From Planctomycetota bacterium (GTDB lineage Bacteria; Planctomycetota; PLA2; JAEUHO01), in NCBI GenBank assembly GCA_965222115.1, contig CBDCTJ010000003.1:1-64000 (forward strand): DNA of 64,000 nt, read 5' to 3'. Made by a program: the position numbers and the translations under genes. A model generated the notes under the pieces. It did no database searches. It worked only from the letters and a program-made list of their open reading frames with translations, and had not been told where the DNA came from. Positions 40,601 to 50,102 of the stretch are shown in pieces; position 1 is the stretch's first letter; each line of letters begins with the position of its first letter.

Positions 40601-42054
40601 TTCGGTCCGTACATCCGTGAGGTCGAGTTGTTCGCGCAGGAGAGACTGATTCGCGCCTCGCCAAGCGGCGTATCATCCGACGCGTCAACGACGCTTCCTG
40701 CAACTCGGGCCCCCTTGCGGCCCATGACAAAGTGATGAGCATCGGATTGAGACAGATCGATGGGAGCTCGACGAGTGTGTCCGCCAGGTGTACCGATGAT
40801 GATCCATGCTCTCGTTGCAGGAACACCCGCCAATGTGAACACGCCTTGTGAGTCGGTTTCTCCGAACAACACACCTTTGCTGCGATCGCCCTTTTCTTGA
40901 TCCGAGAGCTCAATTCGAAAGGGGAATGACTGCGGCCCGCCGTTCGCCTGTTCGACCTGCAATGTGAATCGAGCCGGCCCAGCGGGTAGCGACAGGGAAC
41001 CGTCTTCGTACAGACCATCCGCCGCGACCGAGACTCGACGCACGAGTACCGCGCGCTCGGCAATCTGCGTTGAAAGCAGGTAGGAACCCGCGGGAACTCG
41101 ATCGAAATCAAAGCGACCGTTGCGACTGGAAGTTACGGCGCGATCCGGAGGTCGAGCAAGTGCGCTATAGACCTCAGGCGATTCGGCGAGTTGCTGATGC
41201 GACGTAGTTGACTCTCGCTTCATTCGTCGGAGTTCGACGCGCACCGGTAATTGTTTGGATCCGCGGCGTGCCCAGCCAGCAATGCGGGAGTGTCCGTTCA
41301 GCTCATGCGCTCGATCTGATACTGGCTCCCCTTTGGGCACCCCGGTGAGTCCCGGCGATGGCGATTCGTCGGGTTTCTGAGCCGTGGTCTCTACCCGGGC
41401 TGTGTCCGACACTCGGTCTTGGTTGTGGTCAAACCACCACCAAACGCCACCAATCGCCACGGCGCACGCACAAACAGCGCCCACCGCGATCGACGTGCTA
41501 CTCGTCGACGATGCCGCGCTCACGTTCAATGACGATGTGAGCAGCGGTACCCAGCCCGCCCGCCCACCGTGCTGCGCGTCCATTCGTTTGCGAAGTAGAG
41601 CGAGGCCGCGCTTTACGCGCGTGCGAGCCGTCTCTGTGGGAATCCCTAGCCGAACTGCCATCTCCCGAGGCGGAAGGCCTTCGAAGAAGCGCAGCACCAA
41701 TGCGTCGCGATACGGTTCGCGCAACGTGAGGAGCGCATCCATCACGTGTCTACGCATCGCCTCTTGTGCGGCTAGGTCCTCAGGACTCGGTGCAACAGGT
41801 CGCTGGTCTTCGAATCGACGGTCGAGACGGCGCTCTCTCGACCGCCGTCGATATGCACCTGCCGACTTTCGCCGAACGATTCCGCCGAGCCATGCGCGCA
41901 ATCGAGATGGATCGTCTGGCCGTGAACGGGATGCGACCAGCCACGTATCTTGCTCGACATCGTCCGCGAATTCTGGTCCAGCGAGGGCCAGCGCGAGCGA
42001 TCGCACGAACGTCGCGTGCGAAAGGGCATCTTCGATAGACGGGGGTTGAACCAT
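37639..42054 (-). CDS. ECF sigma-70 factor fused via a TM helix to multiple carboxypeptidase-regulatory-like beta-sandwich repeats
   Basis: ADDVEQDTW..LRAWL (region 2), L.EPYRDALVLRFFEGL..REMA..LGIP.ETARTRVKRG (region 4), TM segment, then repeated G.VVD..G.PV....V units. Confidence 0.9.
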   Translation of the reverse strand: MVQPPSIEDALSHATFVRSLALALAGPEFADDVEQDTWLVASRSRPDDPSRLRAWLGGIVRRKSAGAYRRRSRERRLDRRFEDQRPVAPSPEDLAAQEAMRRHVMDALLTLREPYRDALVLRFFEGLPPREMAVRLGIPTETARTRVKRGLALLRKRMDAQHGGRAGWVPLLTSSLNVSAASSTSSTSIAVGAVCACAVAIGGVWWWFDHNQDRVSDTARVETTAQKPDESPSPGLTGVPKGEPVSDRAHELNGHSRIAGWARRGSKQLPVRVELRRMKRESTTSHQQLAESPEVYSALARPPDRAVTSSRNGRFDFDRVPAGSYLLSTQIAERAVLVRRVSVAADGLYEDGSLSLPAGPARFTLQVEQANGGPQSFPFRIELSDQEKGDRSKGVLFGETDSQGVFTLAGVPATRAWIIIGTPGGHTRRAPIDLSQSDAHHFVMGRKGARVAGSVVDASDDTPLGEARISLSCANNSTSRMYGPNVERLGIDVDANGSFAVDTFNHDGQITISASCPGFESVTREFKEAEGELTFRLRRAPELHGRVVDRKGNPVPDVPVRIGICRSGRFASYQQKHRVVSGPDGAFRAPRTTAEGYVLVAFAYGNGWGSIELAGASPGGRNPFVVDTESTDDVLLTVERLETIAGAVVDEEGRGVQGVHVTAAPHHADRRWDDRFVRETPSTATLEDGSFVIQSVLPGTLHAVSMRGPHIVAEHALRHMKGPTHPIEAGARDVRLVTRRIRLNREIHVHVIDKDQDVPIAGVVVRPVLKTGKRGYATIAGGAVTGPEGVARLIGLPHGELGVRVYGKHLLSTSERTTWLEPSDSAIQSVNITVRTGKSIRGVVRFPPHGLQPGGIYFASVTAHQGHPHAENDTQLDVNTVPHSFVVHGLQPGRWTVSVEAHCSDGRIRKGRVEADAGDQDVQIEIPWDWKRAESKEDAEARDRVTVRMQLETPDGIRVDHATCTTWGKNGQRTSSVESEWQETYEGYGGVPPDIVSIYNFRDGSSKRMALGAVIIPAGTRKPDDNSVRVHPERVVSGTVMIGDKPAERGAQIEARPLVSRDGEEVEFPIAHGHTYVGKQGAFRIEGLGPYRYALHVKGTSGIAPDPRTVVERGTNSVTLRLRAAVTADIHVVDDNGQPLESVVVQAVRSDRRDPFVWRDEARTLTDSKGMVTLVGLDPEATYRLHVGKQSFKSPVQSKTLRDWSPRNERIVVNRYFTASGFVRKPDGTAFPKVRITTRASSGMVTTLARSDETGRFESRKILREGVMAQVIRGAMKSKTIRLRPGDANVTFVLDPGIDFSVRLGRPVPPKGKYSMLCYKAHSADGQLVGGSNTAVSDFEPQAHKLIGQPAAARWMFLWGRLGEGKFGWLTDVRPAHGQQLTIPVVDAVPLRGRIDLTGRREDARIVVTTNVPLDNNHAKIAEDGTFEFERVPPGPLDVYVIDYADPKHPVRGPAVRWTVGEVPVLKLPPR

Positions 42055-42148
42055 GAGTAACGGCTCCCTTCCTATCGTAGTTGCGCGGAGCGTCCTTTTC
42101 GGTTCAGGATTCTTCGAAAAAAATCGTGTGGCTTGGAAGGATCGGACC

Positions 42149-42529
42149 TCAACGCATCGCCAGCCATAGCACCAGCGCCACGAGAGCTCCGACTGCGATC
42201 AAAGAGAGTACGACGCGCCAACAGCCGCCGGGACGGGCGATCTCGTGTGAAACGTCGGTCCAGGACACTACATCCGGTAGCGTGGCATGGGCATGGAACG
42301 CTTCAAAAACGTCCGCGGCGTGCGAGGGGTCCATTGCACGCCACAAACGATGTCCGTCGCCTCGTTCCAACAGTTCGCCGGAGAACTGAACAAAGTTGTC
42401 ACCGCGACTCAGGATCACGTAGGACACACCCGAGGGTTCGGCGGTCAATGCCAATGCCGATCTGACTTCCGTGATTGAAGGACTTTCTCGCGAGAACTTA
42501 TCCGTTGAAAGCCTCATCGTGCGTGACAT
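42149..42529 (-). CDS. Small hypothetical protein with C-terminal membrane anchor
   Basis: 126-aa ORF directly downstream of thrS. Confidence 0.55.
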   Translation of the reverse strand: MSRTMRLSTDKFSRESPSITEVRSALALTAEPSGVSYVILSRGDNFVQFSGELLERGDGHRLWRAMDPSHAADVFEAFHAHATLPDVVSWTDVSHEIARPGGCWRVVLSLIAVGALVALVLWLAMR

Positions 42530-42547
42530 CGAAGGCTGAGTCTCAAC

Positions 42548-44482
42548 CTAAATCTGCTGCGTTGAACGCGCGCGAATCGACGTCAATGCTTGTTCAATAA
42601 ACTGATCGAGCGGCTGCGAGCCGTGATCTTTGCCCGAGCGTTGGCGGACCGAGACATTACCCGACTCTGCCTCGCGTCCGCCCACAATCAACATGTAGGG
42701 CACACGGGCAAGTGTGGCGTCGCGGATCTTGGAGCCAATCTTGTCCCCACGAATGTCGGACTCGGCGCGAATGCCGGCGGCTTTCAGTTTCTTCGTGACG
42801 TCGATCGCATAGTCGCTCTGGGCCTCCGTGATCGAAAGCACTTTGGCCTGCACAGGCGCGAGCCACAACGGGAATTTGCCCGCGTGATGCTCAATCAATA
42901 CGCCAATCAATCGCTCGAACGAACCGAGAATCGCACGGTGAATCATGACCGGTTGATGGCGGGCACCATCGCGACCTACATACTCAAGACCGAATCGCTC
43001 CGGCATGGAGAAGTCCACCTGAATCGTGCCGCATTGCCATGTGCGACCCAGGGCGTCGGTGACATGGAACTCGATCTTGGGACCGTAGAAGGCGCCCTCA
43101 CCGGGATTGACTTTGAAATCCATGTCCTGCGAACGCAGCGCGTCGGCCAGTGCGGCCTCCGCACGTTCCCACGAGTCCGGATCGCCCAACGCATCGTCGG
43201 GCTTGGTGGCGAGCATGACTTGCACGTCGCCCATGTCGAATCCAATCGCCGGGTAGACCACCTGCAACATGTCGATCATGTCCACGATCTCACTCTGGAG
43301 ATCTTCGGGTGCACAATAGACGTGGGCGTCGTCCTGGGCCATGGCGCGCACGCGCAAGAGGCCGTGCAAGGTTCCAGAAAGCTCGTTTCGATGCAACGGG
43401 CTAAACTCAGCCAAGCGTACCGGCAGTTCGCGATACGAACGCGGCCGATTGCCGTAGACCAAGCAGGTGCCCGGACAGTTCATGGGCTTCACGGCGTAAC
43501 TGCGTTCCTCGATTTCGAGGAAGTACATATTGTCCTTGAAGTGATCCCAGTGGCCGGAGCGCTTCCACAACTCATCGTTCAGGATGATGGGTGTGCGCAC
43601 CTCACCGTAGCCGCGCTGTTCAAGCTCTTCGCGCACCAACGACTGAAGCTCGTTGTAGAGCACCATGCCGTTGGGATGGAAGAAGGGAAAGCCGGGACCC
43701 ACTGGCTGAAGCGAGAACAAGTCCATCTCGTGCCCGATACGACGGTGATCGCGCTTCTTGGCTTCCTCCAACATGAGGATGTAGCGCTTGAGCGACTTCT
43801 TATCGAAGAACGCCGTGCCGCGAATGCGTTGCATGGGCTCACCCGATGCATCGCCACGCCAGTATGCACCGCTCACACTCAGGAGCTTGATGTGCTCAAG
43901 CCACGACGTATCGGGAACGTGGGGCCCTTCACACATATCGGTGAAGGGACCGGAGTCGTAAAAGGTGATCTCGTCTTCGGGAATCTCATCCACGTGAGAA
44001 ATCTTGAGCAGATACCCAATGTCCTTCAGTCGCGACTTGGCTTCGTCACGGGAATTGGCCACGCGCTGATAGGGACGCGACTCCTTGACGATCTCAAGCA
44101 TGCGCGCCTCAATACGCGGCAAGTCGTCTTCGACGATGGGCTTGGGCGTCTTGAAGTCGTAGTAAAAGCCCTGCTCGGTGGCTGGACCGAAGCCAAGGTC
44201 GGTACCGGGAAACAAGTCGAGCACGGCCATGGCCAAAAGATGCGCTGCACTGTGTCGAAGTACGTAGAGCGCTTCGTCGTCCTTCTTGGTGAGAATGCGA
44301 AACTCGCCGCTCTCGGCCATGGGGCGCGAAATCTCCATCACTTCGCCATTGAGCACACCTGCCACGGCGGCCTTGGCAAGACCCGGGCCGATCTCCTGCG
44401 CCACGGCTGCCGTCGTCGTCCCGTTGGCCACACTGCGTACGGTGCCATCGGGAAGTCGGAGCTGTAGGGCGGAAGGGGTCAT
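42548..44482 (-). CDS. thrS: Threonine--tRNA ligase
   Basis: TGS domain, HSAAHLLA, DMCEGPH, GAYWRG, RDHRRIG, KPMNCP, QDDAH, GEGAFYGPK, HRAILGS.ER. Confidence 0.98.
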   Translation of the reverse strand: MTPSALQLRLPDGTVRSVANGTTTAAVAQEIGPGLAKAAVAGVLNGEVMEISRPMAESGEFRILTKKDDEALYVLRHSAAHLLAMAVLDLFPGTDLGFGPATEQGFYYDFKTPKPIVEDDLPRIEARMLEIVKESRPYQRVANSRDEAKSRLKDIGYLLKISHVDEIPEDEITFYDSGPFTDMCEGPHVPDTSWLEHIKLLSVSGAYWRGDASGEPMQRIRGTAFFDKKSLKRYILMLEEAKKRDHRRIGHEMDLFSLQPVGPGFPFFHPNGMVLYNELQSLVREELEQRGYGEVRTPIILNDELWKRSGHWDHFKDNMYFLEIEERSYAVKPMNCPGTCLVYGNRPRSYRELPVRLAEFSPLHRNELSGTLHGLLRVRAMAQDDAHVYCAPEDLQSEIVDMIDMLQVVYPAIGFDMGDVQVMLATKPDDALGDPDSWERAEAALADALRSQDMDFKVNPGEGAFYGPKIEFHVTDALGRTWQCGTIQVDFSMPERFGLEYVGRDGARHQPVMIHRAILGSFERLIGVLIEHHAGKFPLWLAPVQAKVLSITEAQSDYAIDVTKKLKAAGIRAESDIRGDKIGSKIRDATLARVPYMLIVGGREAESGNVSVRQRSGKDHGSQPLDQFIEQALTSIRARSTQQI

Positions 44483-44638
44483 CGATCTTGCCTTTCTTGA
44501 GTTAGACGTTTGTGAGTTGGAAACGCGCGCCATGTCAAAACGACGATGGCGTGCCAAACCATACACGGCACATTACGAATTCGGTCAGTTCGCGAGATTT
44601 TGTCCCAAAACAATAGTGGGGACGCAGCGTGCGTGAAG

Positions 44639-45895
44639 TTAGTTGTCTGTGATCCCCGTGGCGCGGCGTGTGATTTCATCGCGAATCCACTTGACGACAT
44701 GGCCGAGGTCGCCCGCGTCCGGTTGGAACTTAAGTAGGGCGGCATCCGCCGCGGGGCCCACTTCCGCGAGCACCATCGCGATGGGCGGGTTGGGCACGCC
44801 CGGTCGGTGACGAATCTCACGACCGAGTACCTTGATGGGAAGCGCGCCGCACGTGACATTGCATGCCAGCAACTGCCGCCGAATAAACTCCGTCGCGTCT
44901 TGGGTTTGCGGCAATGAAAACGAAATCATGGACTCGGGGTGTTCCGTGATCGTCGCCCGCGCTTCTGCGGCGCCCTCGACGAGCAGCAAGACGCTGTAGC
45001 CGCGATAGGTTTCCAACCATGCCGCGAACGCCTCGCGTAGCGGCGCAGCAGGCCGAACCTCAATCACATTGTTTCGCGTGGCTCGGTCCGCACGCGTTCG
45101 AATGTTCAGTCCGTCTCGTTCAAGAAACTCGGGGACGTCAGTCGTGGGCTCGTAGTACGACGCGTGCTCGGCGTTGCCTGACGATGGCGAACTATCGGCA
45201 TTCTTCTTCGGCTCGTTATTCTCGTCTTCCGCCTCATCCTTCGCACGCTTCCCGCTGTCGTCGTCATGAAGAGCAGGTAGATAGGTCTCCAACCCAGGGC
45301 GCCACGTGGCAGACACCACACGATGCGCTTTGGGCGCGGCTACAGATGTCCCCGGCGCAACCTGCTCCAGACGCAGCGATACGCGCCCCTGCATACTCAT
45401 GCGCGCAATCAATGTGGCCAGGAAGCCATCAAGTTCTTCGCCCTCCATGCTTCCCCGTGGAAGTCGCATCTCGATGATTCCGCGACTCACACTGAACGAT
45501 GCGGCAGGATATCCAAAGCATGCCAGTCGAGACGCCATGACACGCTGCGCCTGATTGAGTTTGACACTCGCGGTTTGCGGGTCGAGCTTCTCGGACGGAT
45601 CCAGGTAAAATTCAACAACTTCCGCGTTTGGGTCGGTGCGCTCTTGCTTGAGTCGCGACATCAGCAGCGGAATGCCCCGTTCGGGGTCCTTGCGCACCAA
45701 CGCGGCAAGCTCCTTGACGTGCTCCTCAAGGCGCATGCCCGCATAGCGGTAGAGACCCTCAATCCCCGACTCGATACTCGTGGGAGCTTTCACGGCCTTG
45801 TCGCCACATGACGTCAATAGCACCAGCACCGCGATGCCGGTGACGATCCATCGCAACGATTCATGCGCTGACGGAAACACATTGCCACTAAGCAT
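44639..45895 (-). CDS. Lipoprotein with SecD P1 periplasmic-domain-like region
   Basis: Lipobox LTSC. IEMRLP..QGRVSLR, FAAWLETYRGYSVLLLVEG....ATI and GALPIKV echo SecD P1 motifs. Confidence 0.6.
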   Translation of the reverse strand: MLSGNVFPSAHESLRWIVTGIAVLVLLTSCGDKAVKAPTSIESGIEGLYRYAGMRLEEHVKELAALVRKDPERGIPLLMSRLKQERTDPNAEVVEFYLDPSEKLDPQTASVKLNQAQRVMASRLACFGYPAASFSVSRGIIEMRLPRGSMEGEELDGFLATLIARMSMQGRVSLRLEQVAPGTSVAAPKAHRVVSATWRPGLETYLPALHDDDSGKRAKDEAEDENNEPKKNADSSPSSGNAEHASYYEPTTDVPEFLERDGLNIRTRADRATRNNVIEVRPAAPLREAFAAWLETYRGYSVLLLVEGAAEARATITEHPESMISFSLPQTQDATEFIRRQLLACNVTCGALPIKVLGREIRHRPGVPNPPIAMVLAEVGPAADAALLKFQPDAGDLGHVVKWIRDEITRRATGITDN

Positions 45896-47750
45896 GGGTG
45901 GACTCCTGATCGTCAATCGCGGGTGCGGCATCAGGCGAAACAACGATGGCAAGGCCGAGTTCTTCCAATTGTTCTGCGTCCACGCGCGCAGGCGCGTTGC
46001 ACATGAGATCGGTGGCGGCCAGCGTCTTGGGAAACGCGATCACATTTTGAATGCCGGTTTCTCCGAGCAAGCACATGATCACACGGTCCAATCCCCATGC
46101 CATACCGCCATGCGGCGGCGTGCCAAACTTAAGGGCGCGCACGAACCAGCCAAAACGCTGCTCGATCTCGTCGTCTTCCATACCGAGCAGCGCGAAAACC
46201 GCTTCCTGCATCGCTTCGTCGTGAATACGAATGCTCCCACTACCCAACTCGTGCCCATTCATCACGAGGTCGTACGCCCGCGAGCGCAACCGCTCGAGCG
46301 TGCTGCGCATGGACGGGTCGGTGCAAGCCGCTGGCCCCGCCTTTGCGGCCTCAAAGAGTGCCGGAAGATCCTCCTCGTGAATGGCGGTAAAGGGATGGTG
46401 GGCAGGTTCCAAACACTCGCGCTCATCACTCCACAAGAACAATGGAAACTCTGTAATCCAGACCAATGCGTTGGCTGCGGAATCGCGAAGCGAGAGTAAG
46501 TCGGCGATTTCGTCGCGCAATCCGCCCAGCACTCGATGGACGAGGGAAGCGCGCCCGGCCGCAAAAAACACCGCATCGCCCGGCGCGGCGCCGAGTTCAG
46601 TAAGGAGTGCCGTCCCCGCATCCGTGGAAAGAACTTTGCCGAGCGGACCTGTGGCGCGTTCCTCGGTGATCTTCGCCCACGCGAGACCGGGTGCGCCCAT
46701 GGACTTGGCCTGCGCTTCCAACGCGCCCATCTGCTTGCGAGATAGCGATCCGCCACCCGGGGCGTGAATTGCTTTGGCAATGCCCTCCTCTGCAATCGCG
46801 TTTTGAAAGATGGGAAATTGAAGGGCGTCGACATGGGCGGCGATATCACGCAGCTCAAGCGGATTCCGAAGATCGGGCTTGTCGCTCCCGTAGCGTGCCA
46901 TGGCTTCGGCATAGGTCATACGTGGAAGTGGCAATGAGAGGGACTCACCTCGCCACGCCTCAACGAGCGTTGCCATGAGCGGATCGAGAAAGCCAAACAC
47001 GTCCTCTTCGTCTACGAAACTCGCTTCGAGGTCGAGTTGCGTAAACTCCGGCTGGCGATCGGCACGCAGGTCTTCATCCCGATAGCAACGCGCGATTTGG
47101 TAGTAGCGATCTTGGCCGCCAATCATGAGCAACTGCTTGAACAACTGCGGGGATTGCGGGAGGGCATAGAAACGCCCGGAATGAAGGCGACTTGGCACCA
47201 GATAGTCGCGCGCGCCCTCTGGTGTAGAGCGAATCATGGTGGGCGTTTCAATTTCAATGAAGCCGAGCGACTCCATGTGACCTCGAATGGTCGACACCAT
47301 GGCGGCGCGCGCCTTGAGTGAAGCGGTAAGCGCCGCACGACGCAGATCGAGATATCGACTGCGCAAACGAATCTCAGCACTCGCTTCGGAGCGTCCATCG
47401 AGTGGAAATGGTGGCGTTTGCGCGCGCGAAAACACGCGGAGCGACTTCGCGTCGAGCTCGATTTCGCCGGTTGCAATCTGATCGTTCCACGCCTCTTTAG
47501 GGCGCGCGATCACCAGCCCCTCAACGCCAAGCACCCATTCACTTCGCACGCGCTCCGCTTCTTCAAGGAGTGCGGCGTCCCGGTCGCCCCGAAATGTCAC
47601 TTGCGTGACGCCGTAGCGGTCGCGGAGATCCACGAAGACCACGCCGCCCTGATTACGAAGCGAATGCACCCAGCCGCATAGCGTGACGGTCTGATCGACG
47701 TGAGACCGACGCAGTTCGCCGCATGTATGGGTACGCAAGTTTGTTCGCAT
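45888..47750 (-). CDS. aspS: Aspartate--tRNA ligase
   Basis: RTHTCGELR, FVDLRDRYG, TPEGARDY, LPQSPQLFKQ, RDEDLRADRQPEF, PPHGG.A.G.DR. Confidence 0.98.
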   Translation of the reverse strand: MRTNLRTHTCGELRRSHVDQTVTLCGWVHSLRNQGGVVFVDLRDRYGVTQVTFRGDRDAALLEEAERVRSEWVLGVEGLVIARPKEAWNDQIATGEIELDAKSLRVFSRAQTPPFPLDGRSEASAEIRLRSRYLDLRRAALTASLKARAAMVSTIRGHMESLGFIEIETPTMIRSTPEGARDYLVPSRLHSGRFYALPQSPQLFKQLLMIGGQDRYYQIARCYRDEDLRADRQPEFTQLDLEASFVDEEDVFGFLDPLMATLVEAWRGESLSLPLPRMTYAEAMARYGSDKPDLRNPLELRDIAAHVDALQFPIFQNAIAEEGIAKAIHAPGGGSLSRKQMGALEAQAKSMGAPGLAWAKITEERATGPLGKVLSTDAGTALLTELGAAPGDAVFFAAGRASLVHRVLGGLRDEIADLLSLRDSAANALVWITEFPLFLWSDERECLEPAHHPFTAIHEEDLPALFEAAKAGPAACTDPSMRSTLERLRSRAYDLVMNGHELGSGSIRIHDEAMQEAVFALLGMEDDEIEQRFGWFVRALKFGTPPHGGMAWGLDRVIMCLLGETGIQNVIAFPKTLAATDLMCNAPARVDAEQLEELGLAIVVSPDAAPAIDDQESTHA

Positions 47751-48046
47751 GACCTGTCCTTTTGCGCACCAACCGGGAACGCCACAGGGATTCTGTGTTC
47801 GTGCGGCGGCCGCTGCAACTCTGCTGAGACCTTGACTGCGAAGGAGGTCCGTCGGTGGAACCGATGCTCGAATGGCGAAGAATCCACAAACGTCCAAAGC
47901 GTACCATTTCACGAGTGTTCAAAGTGTTTTGTGTTTGGTAGTGAGAAATCGAGCGCCCGTGGTCGATAGAGGCGTGAGTTCGGCTGGGTGGCCGACATGA
48001 CAGGTACTAGTGCCGCGCTGAAAAGCGCGCCGATTGAGGATGATCC

Positions 48047-48721
48047 ATGACCAACCGTGCATATCCCGGCACACGAATGAACCGCTTGAGCTGCCTCATT
48101 GGGCTTATGGTGCTCGGTCTCTCGGCACCCTGTTTCTTGGGGGCCGTCGCCGAGGCCAACGATCACGTGCGCCCATCGACGGGCGTTGCCGATGACCTAT
48201 TGGGATCCGCGATGCGTAACGCGGGCCCCCCCACGCTCGCGCAGAGCATATCGAAAACGCCCGCCGTCAAAACGTCGGTCCCAGCCGTCAAGAAGACCAA
48301 GTCGAAGGCCGTTGTTGAATCTGCGTCCAAAGAGGCCGCAGCGTCATCGGTGGCTGCACAAGGAAAGGTGGCCGCACGGGCAACGACACCTGCATCAACG
48401 AAGTCGGTCCCCGGCACACAGAACAGTTCCCGCGCTCTCCCTTCAACGGACTATGGCGTACCGCCTGCATTGAAGGCGCTTCCTAAGCCTGTGATTCGCC
48501 GCGTGAAGCGTCCAAGCTCCAAGCACGGCACCCGTGCCGCGCCAACAAGCACCACCCGTCGTGGCGCCCATGGCGTTTACAACGCTGCTCGACACCCGCA
48601 CCCCTACCGATCGACGATGCCTACACCGTATGTCGCACAGCCCAAGACACCGGCGCCCGTGATCTATGCGAGTCCCCCACCCCCTGCACACATTCTCGTG
48701 CAGTACGAGTGCTTCACCTGA
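48047..48721 (+). CDS. Secreted low-complexity Ala/Pro/Lys/Thr-rich protein
   Basis: Signal peptide followed by a largely disordered-looking sequence. Confidence 0.55.
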   Translation: MTNRAYPGTRMNRLSCLIGLMVLGLSAPCFLGAVAEANDHVRPSTGVADDLLGSAMRNAGPPTLAQSISKTPAVKTSVPAVKKTKSKAVVESASKEAAASSVAAQGKVAARATTPASTKSVPGTQNSSRALPSTDYGVPPALKALPKPVIRRVKRPSSKHGTRAAPTSTTRRGAHGVYNAARHPHPYRSTMPTPYVAQPKTPAPVIYASPPPPAHILVQYECFT

Positions 48722-48801
48722 GGCTAGGACGCGATGGCGCAGCCGTGTGCTGCGCCTGACTCATGGTTTCGCTGACCCGGACTCTTCGTGAACGGTCCGG
48801 G

Positions 48802-49203
48802 TTACGTCGTCGTAAACGGTGGCTTCCGAATCTTTTCGCCGCAGTACATACAAACGCGGCGACGTTGACCCACCATGCGCTTGCAGGCGGGGCATGGCGT
48901 AGCGGGATGCCTCACTTTGCCATCCAGTTTGCCGTCGGTCTTGTCAACGGCCTCGGCGATCTTCAAGAGCACGTCGTCGTCCGCCGCTGTGGTCTCCTTG
49001 ACGATCTCCCACATGGCTGCACAAAGAATCGTCAGTCGATCCACACGCTGCTCTAGCTCAATGGACGCGCGCGTCTGGTCCCCCCCGGGTCTCTTGGGTG
49101 GCAATGCGATCGTGGACGTGGATGCGTCGTCATTTATCTGCTTGTCTAGGATCCGAAGAAGTAGTTCAACGGCCAGCACCGCGTGTCCTGGATAAATCGG
49201 CAT
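48802..49203 (-). CDS. Hypothetical protein with C-terminal CxxC-CxxC zinc ribbon
   Basis: LEQRVDRL...AMWE..D..DG.LDG..CPAC...CMYCG. Start uncertain. Confidence 0.7.
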   Translation of the reverse strand: MPIYPGHAVLAVELLLRILDKQINDDASTSTIALPPKRPGGDQTRASIELEQRVDRLTILCAAMWEIVKETTAADDDVLLKIAEAVDKTDGKLDGKVRHPATPCPACKRMVGQRRRVCMYCGEKIRKPPFTTT

Positions 49204-49263
49204 GCGCGCGACCTCCGTGATCTGTTTCTTGCCGAGGTCCAAGCATAGTCCGTCAGCGAGGCA

Positions 49264-50052
49264 TCATCGAGTGATACGTGGATCTACGTCCACGCCCACG
49301 GGGCAATGGTCTGAACCCATGACACCATCCCAAATGTGGGCACCTCGAACGAATCGATTCGACGCACGGCTCGCGAGCACATAGTCAATGCGCCAACCCA
49401 CATTGCGTTCACGCACACCGAAGCGCTGTGACCACCACGTATACCGATCGGGCGACTTGTGACGATCGCGAAAGGTGTCCACCCACCCCGAGCGCAACCA
49501 ACGGTCCAATTCCGCGCGCTCCTCGGGTAAGAACCCGCTGGTCTTGTGATTGCTCTTGGGCCTCGCGAGATCGATCTCGGCATGGGCCGTGTTGAAATCC
49601 CCCATCACCAGCACGCGGCGCCCGGCCCTCCGTTCACGATGCAGGCGGTCGAAGAGCACACGATAGAAATCGAGCTTGTAGGGCACACGGCTGTGGTCGC
49701 GATTGGGGCCACTGCCATTTGGAAAGTACACGTTGGCTATAACGAGCCGCCCGATGCGAGCAACCTGAAGTCGTCCTTCGTCATCAAATCGAGGCTCGCC
49801 CAACGTGGTGTCGATGGTGTCCACGTCAAGCCCGCGGGTGAGAAGCGCCACACCGCTGTATCCCGCTCGCGTGGCCTCGACTACATGCAGTGTCCATTCG
49901 GGGTGATCGCGAAGCGCATCGGGAAATTGCGAGGCTTTGGCCCGGGTTTCTTGAAGTCCCACAATGGAGGCGTCGGTTGCGCTCAGCCAGTCGAGGAATC
50001 CCTTCTTGGTGCAGGCACGTATCCCATTGACGTTCCACGAAACGATTTGCAC
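49264..50052 (-). CDS. xth: Exodeoxyribonuclease III / AP endonuclease
   Basis: SWNVNGIRA, LQET, GYSGVA, GDFNTAH, YTWWS, GWRIDY, GSDHCPV. Confidence 0.96.
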   Translation of the reverse strand: MQIVSWNVNGIRACTKKGFLDWLSATDASIVGLQETRAKASQFPDALRDHPEWTLHVVEATRAGYSGVALLTRGLDVDTIDTTLGEPRFDDEGRLQVARIGRLVIANVYFPNGSGPNRDHSRVPYKLDFYRVLFDRLHRERRAGRRVLVMGDFNTAHAEIDLARPKSNHKTSGFLPEERAELDRWLRSGWVDTFRDRHKSPDRYTWWSQRFGVRERNVGWRIDYVLASRASNRFVRGAHIWDGVMGSDHCPVGVDVDPRITR

Positions 50053-50102
50053 TCTTGCTCCTCATGGTTCCTGGCGCCGGCACAGTTAGCATCCGCCACA
50101 CT

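Noticed and set aside
42590-44467. 625-aa plus-strand ORF
   Set aside because: Antisense shadow of thrS caused by GC-rich codon bias; no recognisable motifs.
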